This document shows, piece by piece, positions 22,446 through 32,000 of a DNA stretch of 32,000 nucleotides; position 1 is the stretch's first letter, and each line of letters starts with the position of its first letter. The notes beneath the pieces are model-generated. The model saw only the letters and a program-made list of their open reading frames with translations. It was not told the origin of the DNA and searched no databases. The DNA comes from Wolbachia endosymbiont of Dirofilaria (Dirofilaria) immitis (lineage in GTDB: Bacteria > Pseudomonadota > Alphaproteobacteria > Rickettsiales > Anaplasmataceae). The stretch is taken from the NCBI RefSeq assembly GCF_013365455.1, contig NZ_CP046578.1, positions 180,001-212,000 on the forward strand, read 5' to 3'. Both the position numbers and the translations under genes were made by a program.

Positions 22446-23489
22446 ATGCTCTCTTATATATGTAAATTAATTGATAAAAACCGAGGGTCAATACCTATTA
22501 GTGATTTCATGGGTGCTGTTCTATACCATAAAAAATATGGCTATTACATGAGTAGATCACCACTTGGTAAGAATGGTGATTTTATCACGGCGCCTGAAAT
22601 CAGTCAATTATTCGGTGAAATAATTGCAGTTTGGGTAATGTATACATGGGAGAAATTAGGAAAGCCACTAAAATTTTCTCTAGTTGAACTTGGACCAGGT
22701 AAAGGAACACTTATTTATGATATAGTAAGGGTCACTAAAAAACATAGTAGTTTTTTTAGATCAATGGCCATTCACCTGGTTGAAATTAGTCCTACTTTAC
22801 AAAGGATGCAGAAGGAAAAATTAAAAGAGTTAAATATTGATTGGCACATAGATGTTAATAACTTGCCGAGGCAGCCAACTATTTTTTTAGCAAATGAATT
22901 CTTTGATGCCTTTCCTATAGATCAATTTATATATCATAATGGTGGGTGGTATGAGAATAGAGTAACAAGGCAGGATGATAAGGTATCATTTCAGTGTTTG
23001 ATGTTAGAATCTAGAAGGAAAAAATCGTGTATTCCAGTATTAGCTACTCAGGTGACAAATGGGAAACTTTTTGATGGTGCAGTGGTGGAAATATGTTCAG
23101 CTGGAATTAAAATACTAAAGAGACTTGAAGAAAAAATAGTTAATGATGGAGGAGCTGCCATAATTATAGATTATGGCTATGTATATCCTACATATAAAAG
23201 CACTTTACAGTCTATAGGACAACATAAGTATTCCAATTTTCTTGAAAATGTTGGTAATAATGATATTACTGCACTTGTGAATTTTCAAGCATTAAAGAGC
23301 TCATTAAAATATGTAGACTGTGAAATTTTAACTCAAAGAGAATTTTTATATCTTTTTGGTATAAAAGAAAGGGTGCAAGTTTTAATGGGAAATTCAGATA
23401 ATGAACAGAAGAATAGAATCTTTAGTGAGTTTTTAAGGTTAACTGAAAATATGGGCACTCTCTTTAAGGTAATGTTAATTAATAATTAG
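22446..23489 (+). CDS. Class I SAM-dependent methyltransferase, NDUFAF7/MidA-like
   Basis: 'YHKKYGYYMSRSPLGKNGDFITAPEISQLFGEIIAVWVMYTWEKLG', 'LVELGPGKGTLIYDIVR', 'ANEFFDAFPIDQFI', 'IIDYGY'. Confidence 0.93.
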   Translation: MLSYICKLIDKNRGSIPISDFMGAVLYHKKYGYYMSRSPLGKNGDFITAPEISQLFGEIIAVWVMYTWEKLGKPLKFSLVELGPGKGTLIYDIVRVTKKHSSFFRSMAIHLVEISPTLQRMQKEKLKELNIDWHIDVNNLPRQPTIFLANEFFDAFPIDQFIYHNGGWYENRVTRQDDKVSFQCLMLESRRKKSCIPVLATQVTNGKLFDGAVVEICSAGIKILKRLEEKIVNDGGAAIIIDYGYVYPTYKSTLQSIGQHKYSNFLENVGNNDITALVNFQALKSSLKYVDCEILTQREFLYLFGIKERVQVLMGNSDNEQKNRIFSEFLRLTENMGTLFKVMLINN

Positions 23490-23522
23490 TTAATATTTTA
23501 TATACTTAAAAAGTGGTGTCAG

Positions 23523-24881
23523 CTACAGTTTCTGTAACCTTTTTATACACTCATCTCTACCAAGAGTTATCATTATATCAATGATTTTAGGTGCATTCAT
23601 TGTTCCGGTTATGGGGGCACGTAATGAGTGGTACACATTACTTATTTTAATATCATATAACTTTGAAAACTCTTTGATCTGAGAGGATAGAAAGTTCTTG
23701 TTCCAGTTTTTATCACTAATGTTCGAAAGGAATGATACAAGTAACTTGATTATATCAAGGTTAGATTTAATGATTTGCTTGGCTTCTTCGTTTAAATTAA
23801 GTGGTGGATCTTGAATATAAAACTGTGCTAAATCCAATAATTCGTTTAGGTAGCTTGCTCTTTTTTTTAGTTCTGTTAATCCATGTAGTAAGTAATTCTT
23901 TTTTTTGTTGGTTAGAGTTTTTTTTCTAAGAATTAGAGCAATAATATCTGTATTACTCATATTATTAATATAATACTTGTTTAAGTACTCTAGCTTTTTA
24001 AAATCGAGGCGCGCAGGTGAACGACCAATGTTTTCCAAATTGAACCACTTTATTGCCTGCTCACTATTGATGATTTCATCGTTCCTATGACTCCAGCCAA
24101 GTCTAAGTAAGTAATTACGCATTGCCTCCGGCAATATTCCCATTTTTTCGTAGTCACAAATACTTATTGCTCCATGCCTTTTGGATAGCTTATTTCCATC
24201 CTCCTGATAAATTAATGGTACATGCGCAAAATGTGGAACATCAAAATCAAGAGCTTGGTATATCAGTAATTGTTTAAAAGTATTAGTGAGATGATCAGAA
24301 CCACGTATTATATCAGTTATTCCAGCATCATGATCATCAACCACTACAGCAAAAATATAAGTTGGAGTGTTGTCAGAGCGTAAAATTACTATGTCATCAA
24401 GTTGGTTGCTATTTACTTTAATTTGACCATATATTCTATCGTTAACAACGATATCTTGTGAATCTGGTACTTTAAATCGGATAACAGGCTTTACATTTGA
24501 TGTTACATTGAAACATCTATGCTTGTATATCTTTCTTTCCTCTCTTGCTTTTGCCTTCTTTTCTGCAACTTTATCCTCGGGGCAATAACAATGATACGCT
24601 TTATCTCTTTTGACTAAAAGATTTGCGACTTCAATGTGCCGCTCTATTCTTTTTGATTGGTATATTATTTCCCCATCGTAACTCATATCGAGCCATTTCA
24701 ATCCGTCTATTATTGTATTAATTGCCTCTTGTGTTGAGCGTTTTCTGTCGGTGTCCTCGATCCTTAATAAAAATTTACCGCCATGATGCTTTGCATAGAG
24801 CCAATTGAATAAAGCAGTGCGAGCTCCACCAATGTGTAAATAACCCGTTGGCGATGGGGCAAATCTAGTGACTATGTTTGG
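23523..24881 (-). CDS. gltX: Glutamate--tRNA ligase
   Basis: 'TRFAPSPTGYLHIGGARTALFNWLYAKHHGGKFLLRIEDTDRKRS', 'HVPLIYQEDGNKLSKRHGA'. Confidence 0.96.
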   Translation of the reverse strand, partial: PNIVTRFAPSPTGYLHIGGARTALFNWLYAKHHGGKFLLRIEDTDRKRSTQEAINTIIDGLKWLDMSYDGEIIYQSKRIERHIEVANLLVKRDKAYHCYCPEDKVAEKKAKAREERKIYKHRCFNVTSNVKPVIRFKVPDSQDIVVNDRIYGQIKVNSNQLDDIVILRSDNTPTYIFAVVVDDHDAGITDIIRGSDHLTNTFKQLLIYQALDFDVPHFAHVPLIYQEDGNKLSKRHGAISICDYEKMGILPEAMRNYLLRLGWSHRNDEIINSEQAIKWFNLENIGRSPARLDFKKLEYLNKYYINNMSNTDIIALILRKKTLTNKKKNYLLHGLTELKKRASYLNELLDLAQFYIQDPPLNLNEEAKQIIKSNLDIIKLLVSFLSNISDKNWNKNFLSSQIKEFSKLYDIKISNVYHSLRAPITGTMNAPKIIDIMITLGRDECIKRLQKL

Positions 24882-25472
24882 CATGTTTGTCTATTACAGC
24901 AATGTGAGTGATTGTAGCTAAAGTTCATGATTATAACAATTTAGAATTTATTTATTTTGAAAGGCAAAAGTGTTTTATCTAAAGCTATAGGAAAAGAAGA
25001 TAAAGATTAGGAAGAAGTAGAAAGATTAAAGGGTAAAGGGAGGATATATAAAAAATACTCGTGGGTAAAGGTTATATTAAGAATAATTAGAGAGTAATGG
25101 TAACACCTCTTTGTTTATTAGGTCTTGTAAAGAACGGAAGAAAGTTAGGTGAGCTATGTGAGCTATAGGCGTAGAAAGTAACTTAATATGTGATAAGAAA
25201 TTTTGTTTGTGTTTATCCTTGTGCTTTTTATTTTTTTTGGTTCTCAATCTCTCTTACATTAGCCTTAGTAGCTGTAGTAGCTTCTAGATAATCTACTTAT
25301 CTATTGTTTATGGCATGTAACAAGATATATGGTTTATATTATGAAAATAATATAATATCAGGTTCTAGTATTGTACAATTTTTAAAGAGTGGTTTAGCTA
25401 TGACATAGGTTAGAAATCACTTAAGATGATAATATGGAAATTTGCTTTCTTAATTCAAGGAAGTAAACTTGT

Positions 25473-27755
25473 ATGATGACAGAAAGAAAGTATTGTAAAA
25501 TTTTAATAGCAAATAGGGGAGAAGTTGCCTGTAGGATCATTAAAACTGCCCATAGGGTGGGTATATCTTGTGTGTGCGTGTATTCAGATGCAGATATAAA
25601 TTCTGTACATGTAAGACAAGCAGATGAGTCGAGATACATTGGCCCTTCGCCTTCTTGCTTGAGTTATTTGAACATTAAAAAGATATGTGAAGCAGCAGTT
25701 GAAGTAGGTGCACAGGCAGTTCACCCTGGTTATGGATTTTTGGCAGAAAATCCAGATTTTCCACGTGCTCTGCAAAGACATAATATAGATTTTATTGGCC
25801 CGAGTGCAGAAACAATAGAAGTGATAGCTAATAAAATAACAGCAAAAGAAGCAGCAAAAAGGGCTGGGGTCAATGCTGTACCAGGGTATATAGGCAAGGT
25901 CAATGATGCTGCCCATGCAGCTCGTGTTGCTGAAGAAATTGGATTCCCTGTTATACTAAAAGCTGCTTTAGGTGGTGGTGGTAAAGGCATGCGAGTTGTG
26001 AGCTCCAAGAGGGAAATTGAATTAGCATTTATATCAGCAACAAACGAAGCAGAGAAAAGTTTTAAGGATGGGAGTATTTTCATAGAGAAGTATATAGAGT
26101 TATCGCGGCATATTGAAATACAGATCATAGCAGATAAATATGGGAATGTAATATGTCTTGGAGAAAGAGAGTGTTCGGTACAAAGAAATAATCAGAAAAT
26201 AATAGAAGAGACTCCAAGTCCGTTTATTAGTGAAAGGGTAAGACAGGGAATGTATGCCCAATGTGTTTCTTTGGCAAAGCAAGTAGGTTATTTTTCAGCA
26301 GGTACTGTTGAGTTTATTGTAGATAAAGATCAAAATTTCTATTTTCTTGAAGTAAATACTAGGTTGCAAGTTGAGCACCCAGTAACAGAGTTTGTAACCG
26401 GAGTAGATATAGTAGAAGAAATGATAAGAACTTCCTGTGGGGAAAAATTAAGGTTCAATCAAGATGATATTAAACTTACTGGATCTGCTATAGAAAGCAG
26501 AATTTGTGCTGAAGACCCATCGAAAAAATTTTTCCCTTCTAGCGGAAGAATAAAGTATTATGATAAGCCGGATGAAAATTTTTCTATATGTCCCCCTATT
26601 GTTTCAGTATCAAACACTGCAATCCAGGAAAAAAGTGAGTTAGTTTCAACATTGCATGCTGGAATGGGTAGCACTATTGGCTTTTCATCAAAGCAATTGC
26701 TGTGTAAGGAGTCCAATAACTTTCTAAGGATAGATGATGGAGTTGCTGCAGGCTCAGAGATTAGCATGTTCTATGATTCAATGATTACAAAAGTGATAAC
26801 ATATGGAAAAGATAGAATAGAGGCAATCGGCAGGATGCAAAAAGCGTTGTCTGAATGTTATATAGAAGGAGTAGCAAATAATGTAGAATTTCTGGAATCC
26901 ATCTTTCATCATCCAAATTTTGTTGCAGCAAAACTTCACACAAGATTCATTTCAGACCATTATCCGAATGGGTTTCACGGTGACTTTATTACAGAAGAAT
27001 ATATTAAGATATTTATTTTTGCTGTACTATATGTTCATTTAGAAAATGAGGAAAGGTGCTATTATAGAGCAGTGAATGAAACATCTCTAGTGTCATTTAG
27101 GCATATGATGCTAGAATCTACAAAGAGAGAAGAATTGGTTTCAGCATCGGCTGCTCGGGTGACACCTTGTGGTGTTGGAATGACGCTCAGTAATATTGGG
27201 GCAATATCTAATAGTAGTGGAGTTATAGACAGACGTGCAAGAGATTTATTTATAGTGAAAGTAAATGGCAGCGAGTACTCCATAAATGCGAAGTATCAAA
27301 ATAACATATTAACAACGGTATATAATCACAATATATACTCTGTAATAGGTAAGTGGAAATTAAGTTATAGATTACTATGTATCACAATTAATGATGACAC
27401 TAGTATAACACTTAGAGTAGAAAGACAAGGCAGTAAACACTTTATAAGACATGCTGGAATGCAAGCTGAGTGTTCTGTATTTAAGCCTCATATAGCTAAC
27501 TTAAGTAAATTTATGCTGAGTCATGAAACAGAAATAGTGACAGTAGATGCTGTAAAATCTCCAATATCTGGTTTATTAGTTAAGTTATGCATGAATGTAG
27601 GAGATCGGGTAAGGGTAGGACAACCTTTATTTGTTGTGGAAGCGATGAAAATGGAGAATATTATATGTGCTGAATCAGAAATGGTTATAAAAAATATTCC
27701 CGTTCAGGAAGGAAAGAATGTACAGGTTGGTGATGTGGTCTGCTTTCTTAAATAG
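25473..27755 (+). CDS. pccA: Acetyl/propionyl-CoA carboxylase alpha subunit (biotin carboxylase + biotin carboxyl carrier), 760 aa with extra segments
   Basis: '[22 protein letters not shown]', '[14 protein letters not shown]', '[28 protein letters not shown]', C-terminal biotinylation motif '[11 protein letters not shown]'. Confidence 0.95.
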   Translation: MMTERKYCKILIANRGEVACRIIKTAHRVGISCVCVYSDADINSVHVRQADESRYIGPSPSCLSYLNIKKICEAAVEVGAQAVHPGYGFLAENPDFPRALQRHNIDFIGPSAETIEVIANKITAKEAAKRAGVNAVPGYIGKVNDAAHAARVAEEIGFPVILKAALGGGGKGMRVVSSKREIELAFISATNEAEKSFKDGSIFIEKYIELSRHIEIQIIADKYGNVICLGERECSVQRNNQKIIEETPSPFISERVRQGMYAQCVSLAKQVGYFSAGTVEFIVDKDQNFYFLEVNTRLQVEHPVTEFVTGVDIVEEMIRTSCGEKLRFNQDDIKLTGSAIESRICAEDPSKKFFPSSGRIKYYDKPDENFSICPPIVSVSNTAIQEKSELVSTLHAGMGSTIGFSSKQLLCKESNNFLRIDDGVAAGSEISMFYDSMITKVITYGKDRIEAIGRMQKALSECYIEGVANNVEFLESIFHHPNFVAAKLHTRFISDHYPNGFHGDFITEEYIKIFIFAVLYVHLENEERCYYRAVNETSLVSFRHMMLESTKREELVSASAARVTPCGVGMTLSNIGAISNSSGVIDRRARDLFIVKVNGSEYSINAKYQNNILTTVYNHNIYSVIGKWKLSYRLLCITINDDTSITLRVERQGSKHFIRHAGMQAECSVFKPHIANLSKFMLSHETEIVTVDAVKSPISGLLVKLCMNVGDRVRVGQPLFVVEAMKMENIICAESEMVIKNIPVQEGKNVQVGDVVCFLK

Positions 27756-28975
27756 CATAAAAAATATAAACCTGATCCAAATAAGATAAATGAAAACATT
27801 TGATGGGCAACGGCAACGGCTATTGGTATATACAATAATAAAGTAATTATCCCTAGAATTACCTGAATGATAACGGAGAGTAGCATAATATATACTGATT
27901 TTACACTAGTGTTTTTTATTGCAAGTATTATTGTTAAAACTAATATCAGCAGTGCTAGTGCTCGATGTATAAATTGCATTGTCGCTCTGTTCTCAAAGAT
28001 ATTAAGCCATATTGGTTGCAATGAAAATAAATCTTCTGGGATGATTTGTCCGTTCATTAGTGGAAAGGTATTATAAATTAAACCAGCATTTGATCCTGCA
28101 ACAAAAGCGCCGAAGATTATTTGTATAGTAACTAGAGTTAGAATGAGCATTGTGTAATATATGCTACAATTAGTAAACTGAGATTCTGTCATTCTAGTAC
28201 ATAATACACAACTGTATGGATACTTGCTTTTAAAAGTAAATTGCATAGTAAATGGTGTTATTTCAGTACTTAGTACTGGAGTCCAGCTTTCACTATACGG
28301 CTGCTTGATATGTGCGTTTAAGGTTAAGTTTTCTGGATTCCAGTATCTGGTTATTGAGATGGCATCTTTCTTAGTGAAAATTGCTCTTATATTATAGTGT
28401 TTGTACAAGTGTGTACATAACACTGGGATCCATATTTGGTAATCAAAAAATTGGTATAATAGTAATGCAAAGATAACTAATGCTAACAGCAAGTGAAGTG
28501 CAAGCCTGTAGTGACTAACACATGGTTTAGATACCAAGCCACTTTTAACCATATACCAACCGGCAAGGGCTTGTAACACTCCAAACGATAGTGCTATAGA
28601 TAGCCTTATTACTGCCTTTTTAGATATTCTCTTTTTCAGCAGAAAATATATAAATGGCAGAGCGAAGACTAAACCTATTAGTCTTGCAACCAATCTATGT
28701 ATATATTCTATTAGATATATAGTACGAAACTCTTTCATGCTGATGCCATAGTTAAGTATTTTATATTCAGGTGTGACCTCATATTTTAATTTTTCTTGTA
28801 GCCAATCTTGTTCACTTAGTGGCAGTAATACTCCAGCAAGTGGTTTCCATTCCGTGATTGATAATCCTGCTTTTGAAAGTCTTGTGAACCCACCAATTCC
28901 CACCGTGAAAATCACCATAATAGAGCAGAGCAAGAGCCAAATGATTACGGATTTTGATTGCTTTTGTTCCATCAT
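27704..28975 (-). CDS. ctaA: Heme A synthase (COX15/CtaA family), with an internal insertion
   Basis: '[31 protein letters not shown]', '[16 protein letters not shown]', '[12 protein letters not shown]', '[27 protein letters not shown]', '[11 protein letters not shown]'. Confidence 0.95.
   Translation of the reverse strand: MMEQKQSKSVIIWLLLCSIMVIFTVGIGGFTRLSKAGLSITEWKPLAGVLLPLSEQDWLQEKLKYEVTPEYKILNYGISMKEFRTIYLIEYIHRLVARLIGLVFALPFIYFLLKKRISKKAVIRLSIALSFGVLQALAGWYMVKSGLVSKPCVSHYRLALHLLLALVIFALLLYQFFDYQIWIPVLCTHLYKHYNIRAIFTKKDAISITRYWNPENLTLNAHIKQPYSESWTPVLSTEITPFTMQFTFKSKYPYSCVLCTRMTESQFTNCSIYYTMLILTLVTIQIIFGAFVAGSNAGLIYNTFPLMNGQIIPEDLFSLQPIWLNIFENRATMQFIHRALALLILVLTIILAIKNTSVKSVYIMLLSVIIQVILGIITLLLYIPIAVAVAHQMFSFILFGSGLYFLCYLRKQTTSPTCTFFPS
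28173..28435. repeat. In-frame insertion in ctaA composed of degenerate palindromic (Wolbachia-palindrome-like) units
   Basis: Inverted arms tgttatttcagtacttagtactggagtccag (28256-28286) and ctggattccagtatctggttattgagatggca (28333-28364). Flanking related units tgtcattctagtacataatacacaactgtatggata (28187-28222) and cataacactgggatccat (28416-28433). Confidence 0.6.
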
Positions 28976-30484
28976 TATTGAAGATGAGTAATAAGTTTCT
29001 GCAAAACGAGGAAATTTGTAATATTATGTGTTTGATTATAGACAGGAGAAAATATCTATACTATATAAAAATATAAGGTATCTTTTATTGATTGACGGTT
29101 ATTATCAAAAGAGTTAAGTTGGTAACTTATGCTATTATAAAATAATACAAAAATAATTTGTTTAAAATATGAGTTAACATTAATAAGAGTAATAAAGATG
29201 GAGTAGTTGGAAGTATAAAAGTGTAGAACTGGTGAAGAGTTTCAATAGCAAAATTCCTTCAAGTTAAGTATGTTTGTAAAGTGGCATTATCATTTTTAAA
29301 TGGATAATGTAAATTTATATATAACCTTTGATTCGGTATATTCTTTGCTTAATTCAAACAAGTACAACAGTTGGTAATTTTCCAATATTTCCAAATTAGT
29401 GATTTTGGTTCTATATCTCATTTGTGTAAGTCTCAAATCTAGATTAGCATATTCAGTAATATTATGAACGTTATAGAAAAGTACTTTCCTTAAAGTTTTC
29501 ACTGCAAAAATGTTTGTTTCTACTGCCTAGAGATAATGATATATTCATTTTCGAATAAGTGAAATGTTGAAACTAGTTTTATATTTTAGGGAAGAGATTT
29601 CATAAGAAAATTGAGGCTATAATTGTAGTAATTTAACCTTACCTGCCGCGCAGGCTGACTTATCCTTTATTAGATTCAATTAGTGTTTTCTCGATTATAA
29701 TGGATCTGGCTTGTTACTTAAGTCGTATATTACCACACACTTTTTTCTGGTAAAGTTCATGTTATAATTGTATAACTTAGTTTCCATTTTAGGTAGTAAT
29801 GAAACACTTTTATTACTTTAGAATATTACGGTAAAGTATATTTTTTCTGTCAAAAACTTTACATCTAATTTTGTTGGATAATTTGAACTTTTAATGTTTC
29901 AATTAATTGTTATATTACTGTACTATTCTTTGAATAATAGTCAACAAAGTGTTGTATGTGTAGAAAAAACCCTTTTCGTTTAATTTATTACAATCTATTT
30001 TGTGGTTGAAAATCACGTATAAGCTAAAAATTATAGTTATGAATTTAGATAATAGTTAGAACATCCAACTGCAAATGAAATATTAAAGCAAAGTATATGT
30101 ACTTCTCTATCATGATTAAAATTGGAGCTGTAACAAAAAAGAAGCGGGAAATATTGCATTTAGTTAATGCTCTTAGGTGAGAGATTATGATTTTTGAATG
30201 TAAATAGTTACCTGTAGATTCTGAAGTGTTAAAGGTATAGGTTAAGGAAATCTCAGACTTGTCTATCACTTATAATGCGCAGGTATATCATAATGAACCT
30301 TAACTCAAGGATTGCTATCTCGACTTTGTGCTTTCAACCATAAAAAATAGCATTGTTTAATTTTTGCTAAGTAACTGTACTTATAATAGAGAAGATTTTT
30401 TTACTCTTGATGTAAGCTGAAATCAAACTCGATTTTTTTCTATATTGCGCTCTATATCGCTGGTAGAAAATCATTGTATTAAAT

Positions 30485-30961
30485 CTAATGCAATTTTTTA
30501 TTTAAGTCACGTGAAAGTGAAGATATAATATCGCTACTGCGCTTATCGTCATGGTGCACTTGTATTATTTTTTTTACAGCATCAGCGGCTATACTTGCTG
30601 TGCTAGCTTGTAAATCTTCAATAGCTTTTTCAACTTGGTCGGTGACTTTCTTTAGATGAAAACGTGCATTCTCATTCAACGTCTGATCCAATTGTTGTCT
30701 ATTATACTTAATGATTCTATTAGCCTTATTAAGGGCTTCACTCATTGTTTTATTAACCTCCGCATCTAATTTTTTGTATTTTTCAGAAGACTTTTTATAA
30801 TATTCTAACATATCTCTTTTAAATTTTTCAACCTCTTCATTTGTAAGTTTGCTCTTGTTACCTTTTTTATTAAGGGCGCTCTTTATTAGTTCTTTCAGCA
30901 GTCTATATGAAAGGATAAAACCTACTAAGAAAGCAAGGCCGATGATCATTGATGTAGACAT
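30485..30961 (-). CDS. atpF: F0F1 ATP synthase subunit b
   Basis: Single N-terminal TM segment followed by a long charged helix; located directly after the b' subunit gene in an atpB-E-F'-F order. Confidence 0.85.
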   Translation of the reverse strand: MSTSMIIGLAFLVGFILSYRLLKELIKSALNKKGNKSKLTNEEVEKFKRDMLEYYKKSSEKYKKLDAEVNKTMSEALNKANRIIKYNRQQLDQTLNENARFHLKKVTDQVEKAIEDLQASTASIAADAVKKIIQVHHDDKRSSDIISSLSRDLNKKLH

Positions 30962-30969
30962 AAAAACCT

Positions 30970-31449
30970 CTAAAATTCTTTAAATATTAAGTTAGTAACA
31001 AATTCCTCTTCAATTTCAGAATTAGTTAATTTATTGTAATAAATTAAAGCAATACCGGTAGCCATTTGCTTGAGTTCATTAATGTACTTAGATTTAAATT
31101 TTGCTACTTTTTCTTCAACAAGCTTGTTCATTTTTTTGTTTTCCTCTTCTATCGTGTTTTTCATGCTTATTCTCATTTCTTCTACTTGGACAAGTGCATT
31201 GTCTATAGCCTTTTTTGCTTGCATTTTAGCTTCATTTAGAACTAAGTTGTATCTAATAGCCTGATTTTCTATAAGCTTTAGGAGACAAATGGAACTATTA
31301 AAGGAATCTAATACTTTCTTGCTTCTAGTGTTTATTATTTCATCCAATTTTGGTAGAAATAAAAAGTTTACTATGAAAAAAAGCGAAGAAAAAAAAATCA
31401 AGAACCAAAAAACTTGAGAAAAGAAGGTTGAGACATCAAGTTGTGGCAT
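30970..31449 (-). CDS. atpG: F0F1 ATP synthase subunit b'
   Basis: 'MPQLDVSTFFSQVFWFLIFFSSLFFIVNFLFLPKLDEIINTRSKKV' is the typical b' N-terminus. The ORF track start at 31461 overlaps atpE by 11 nt; the internal ATG at 31449 (MPQLDV) fits the family better. Confidence 0.9.
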   Translation of the reverse strand: MPQLDVSTFFSQVFWFLIFFSSLFFIVNFLFLPKLDEIINTRSKKVLDSFNSSICLLKLIENQAIRYNLVLNEAKMQAKKAIDNALVQVEEMRISMKNTIEEENKKMNKLVEEKVAKFKSKYINELKQMATGIALIYYNKLTNSEIEEEFVTNLIFKEF

Positions 31450-31450
31450 A

Positions 31451-31678
31451 TTAAACAACAAATATTAATAGCAATGCAAGTAAAAATGCAAATAATCCCA
31501 TTGCTTCGACTAAAGCTGCTCCTGTATAGATATATTTTTTCATCTTGTCTTCTGACTCAGGGTTTCTTGCAAGTCCACTTAACATGGTAGAAAATATATT
31601 TGCTACACCAACACCGGCCCCGAGCATACCAAGCACACTTAACCCAATTGCTATAAACTTTAAAGCTGCTAAATCCAT
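31451..31678 (-). CDS. atpE: F0F1 ATP synthase subunit c
   Basis: 'MDLAALKFIAIGLSVLGMLGAGVGVANIFSTMLSGLARNPESEDKMKKYIYTGAALVEAMGLFAFLLALLLIF': conserved RNP loop and essential Glu. Confidence 0.97.
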   Translation of the reverse strand: MDLAALKFIAIGLSVLGMLGAGVGVANIFSTMLSGLARNPESEDKMKKYIYTGAALVEAMGLFAFLLALLLIFVV

Positions 31679-31739
31679 GTATTACCTTTAATCATTTCCT
31701 TATAAGCTTAATTATAAAATGCCTTAAAGGTAAAGTCAA

Positions 31740-32000
31740 TTACTTTACTGTATCTGATAGATATACACATGTTAAGGAGGTGAATATATAGGCTTGTAAG
31801 ATTGCAACAAATACTTCAAATCCTATTAAGGTAATTATAAACAAAAACGGTATAGGAGTTAGAGTTAAATGCATATTTATAATAAACCCTGCTATTACCT
31901 TAATAATTGTATGACCTGCAATCATATTCGCAGCAAGCCTGATTGATAAACTTATAGGTCTTGCGAGGTAAGCAAATAGCTTGATAAAAACCATTATTGG
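31740..32000 (-). CDS. atpB: F0F1 ATP synthase subunit a, C-terminal part (5' end outside window)
   Basis: '[32 protein letters not shown]...[24 protein letters not shown]' is the conserved subunit a C-terminus. Confidence 0.96.
   Translation of the reverse strand, partial: PIMVFIKLFAYLARPISLSIRLAANMIAGHTIIKVIAGFIINMHLTLTPIPFLFIITLIGFEVFVAILQAYIFTSLTCVYLSDTVK

Noticed and set aside
25584-26282. Minus-strand ORFs (110, 132, 60 aa)
   Set aside because: Antisense to the biotin carboxylase domain of pccA.
29642-29654. GC-rich mini-hairpin cctgc-cgc-gcagg
   Set aside because: Only a 5-bp stem; too short to distinguish from chance without other genomic copies.
29296-30269. Minus-strand ORFs 29296..29502 and 30045..30269
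   Set aside because: Short, AT-driven, no recognisable motif or ribosome-binding context in a long spacer. Not enough support to call CDS.

Overview
The window is an AT-rich chromosomal segment of an obligate intracellular alphaproteobacterium. Protein content and wording point to Rickettsiales/Anaplasmataceae, probably Wolbachia or a close relative; this is inference, since no database search was possible. It opens with the 3' end of a 23S rRNA followed by 5S rRNA. It then carries housekeeping genes: rpmH-rnpA, pstA, atpD-atpC, an Fsa/transaldolase-type aldolase, an NAD(P)H-ferredoxin/thioredoxin reductase-like protein, pgk, a small membrane protein, cysS, two tandem exoD-like genes, tatA, an ABC ATPase, tRNA-Arg(CCT), an NDUFA12-like protein, an MrpD-like antiporter subunit, rodA, dapD, a DUF2610-like gene with an overlapping partner, an NDUFAF7/MidA-like methyltransferase, gltX, pccA, ctaA and atpF-atpF'-atpE-atpB (partial). 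No prophage, CRISPR, toxin-antitoxin, secretion island or clearly new multi-gene system was found. The points worth a second look concern genome decay and small-scale rearrangement: (1) an in-frame insertion in ctaA built from degenerate Wolbachia-type palindromic units; (2) a tandem exoD duplication whose breakpoint carries a fossil of the cysS start; (3) several broken genes in regions with no annotated ORF, readable as coding-like peptides with stops and frameshifts; (4) large in-frame insertions in PccA; (5) a perfect 24-bp palindrome.
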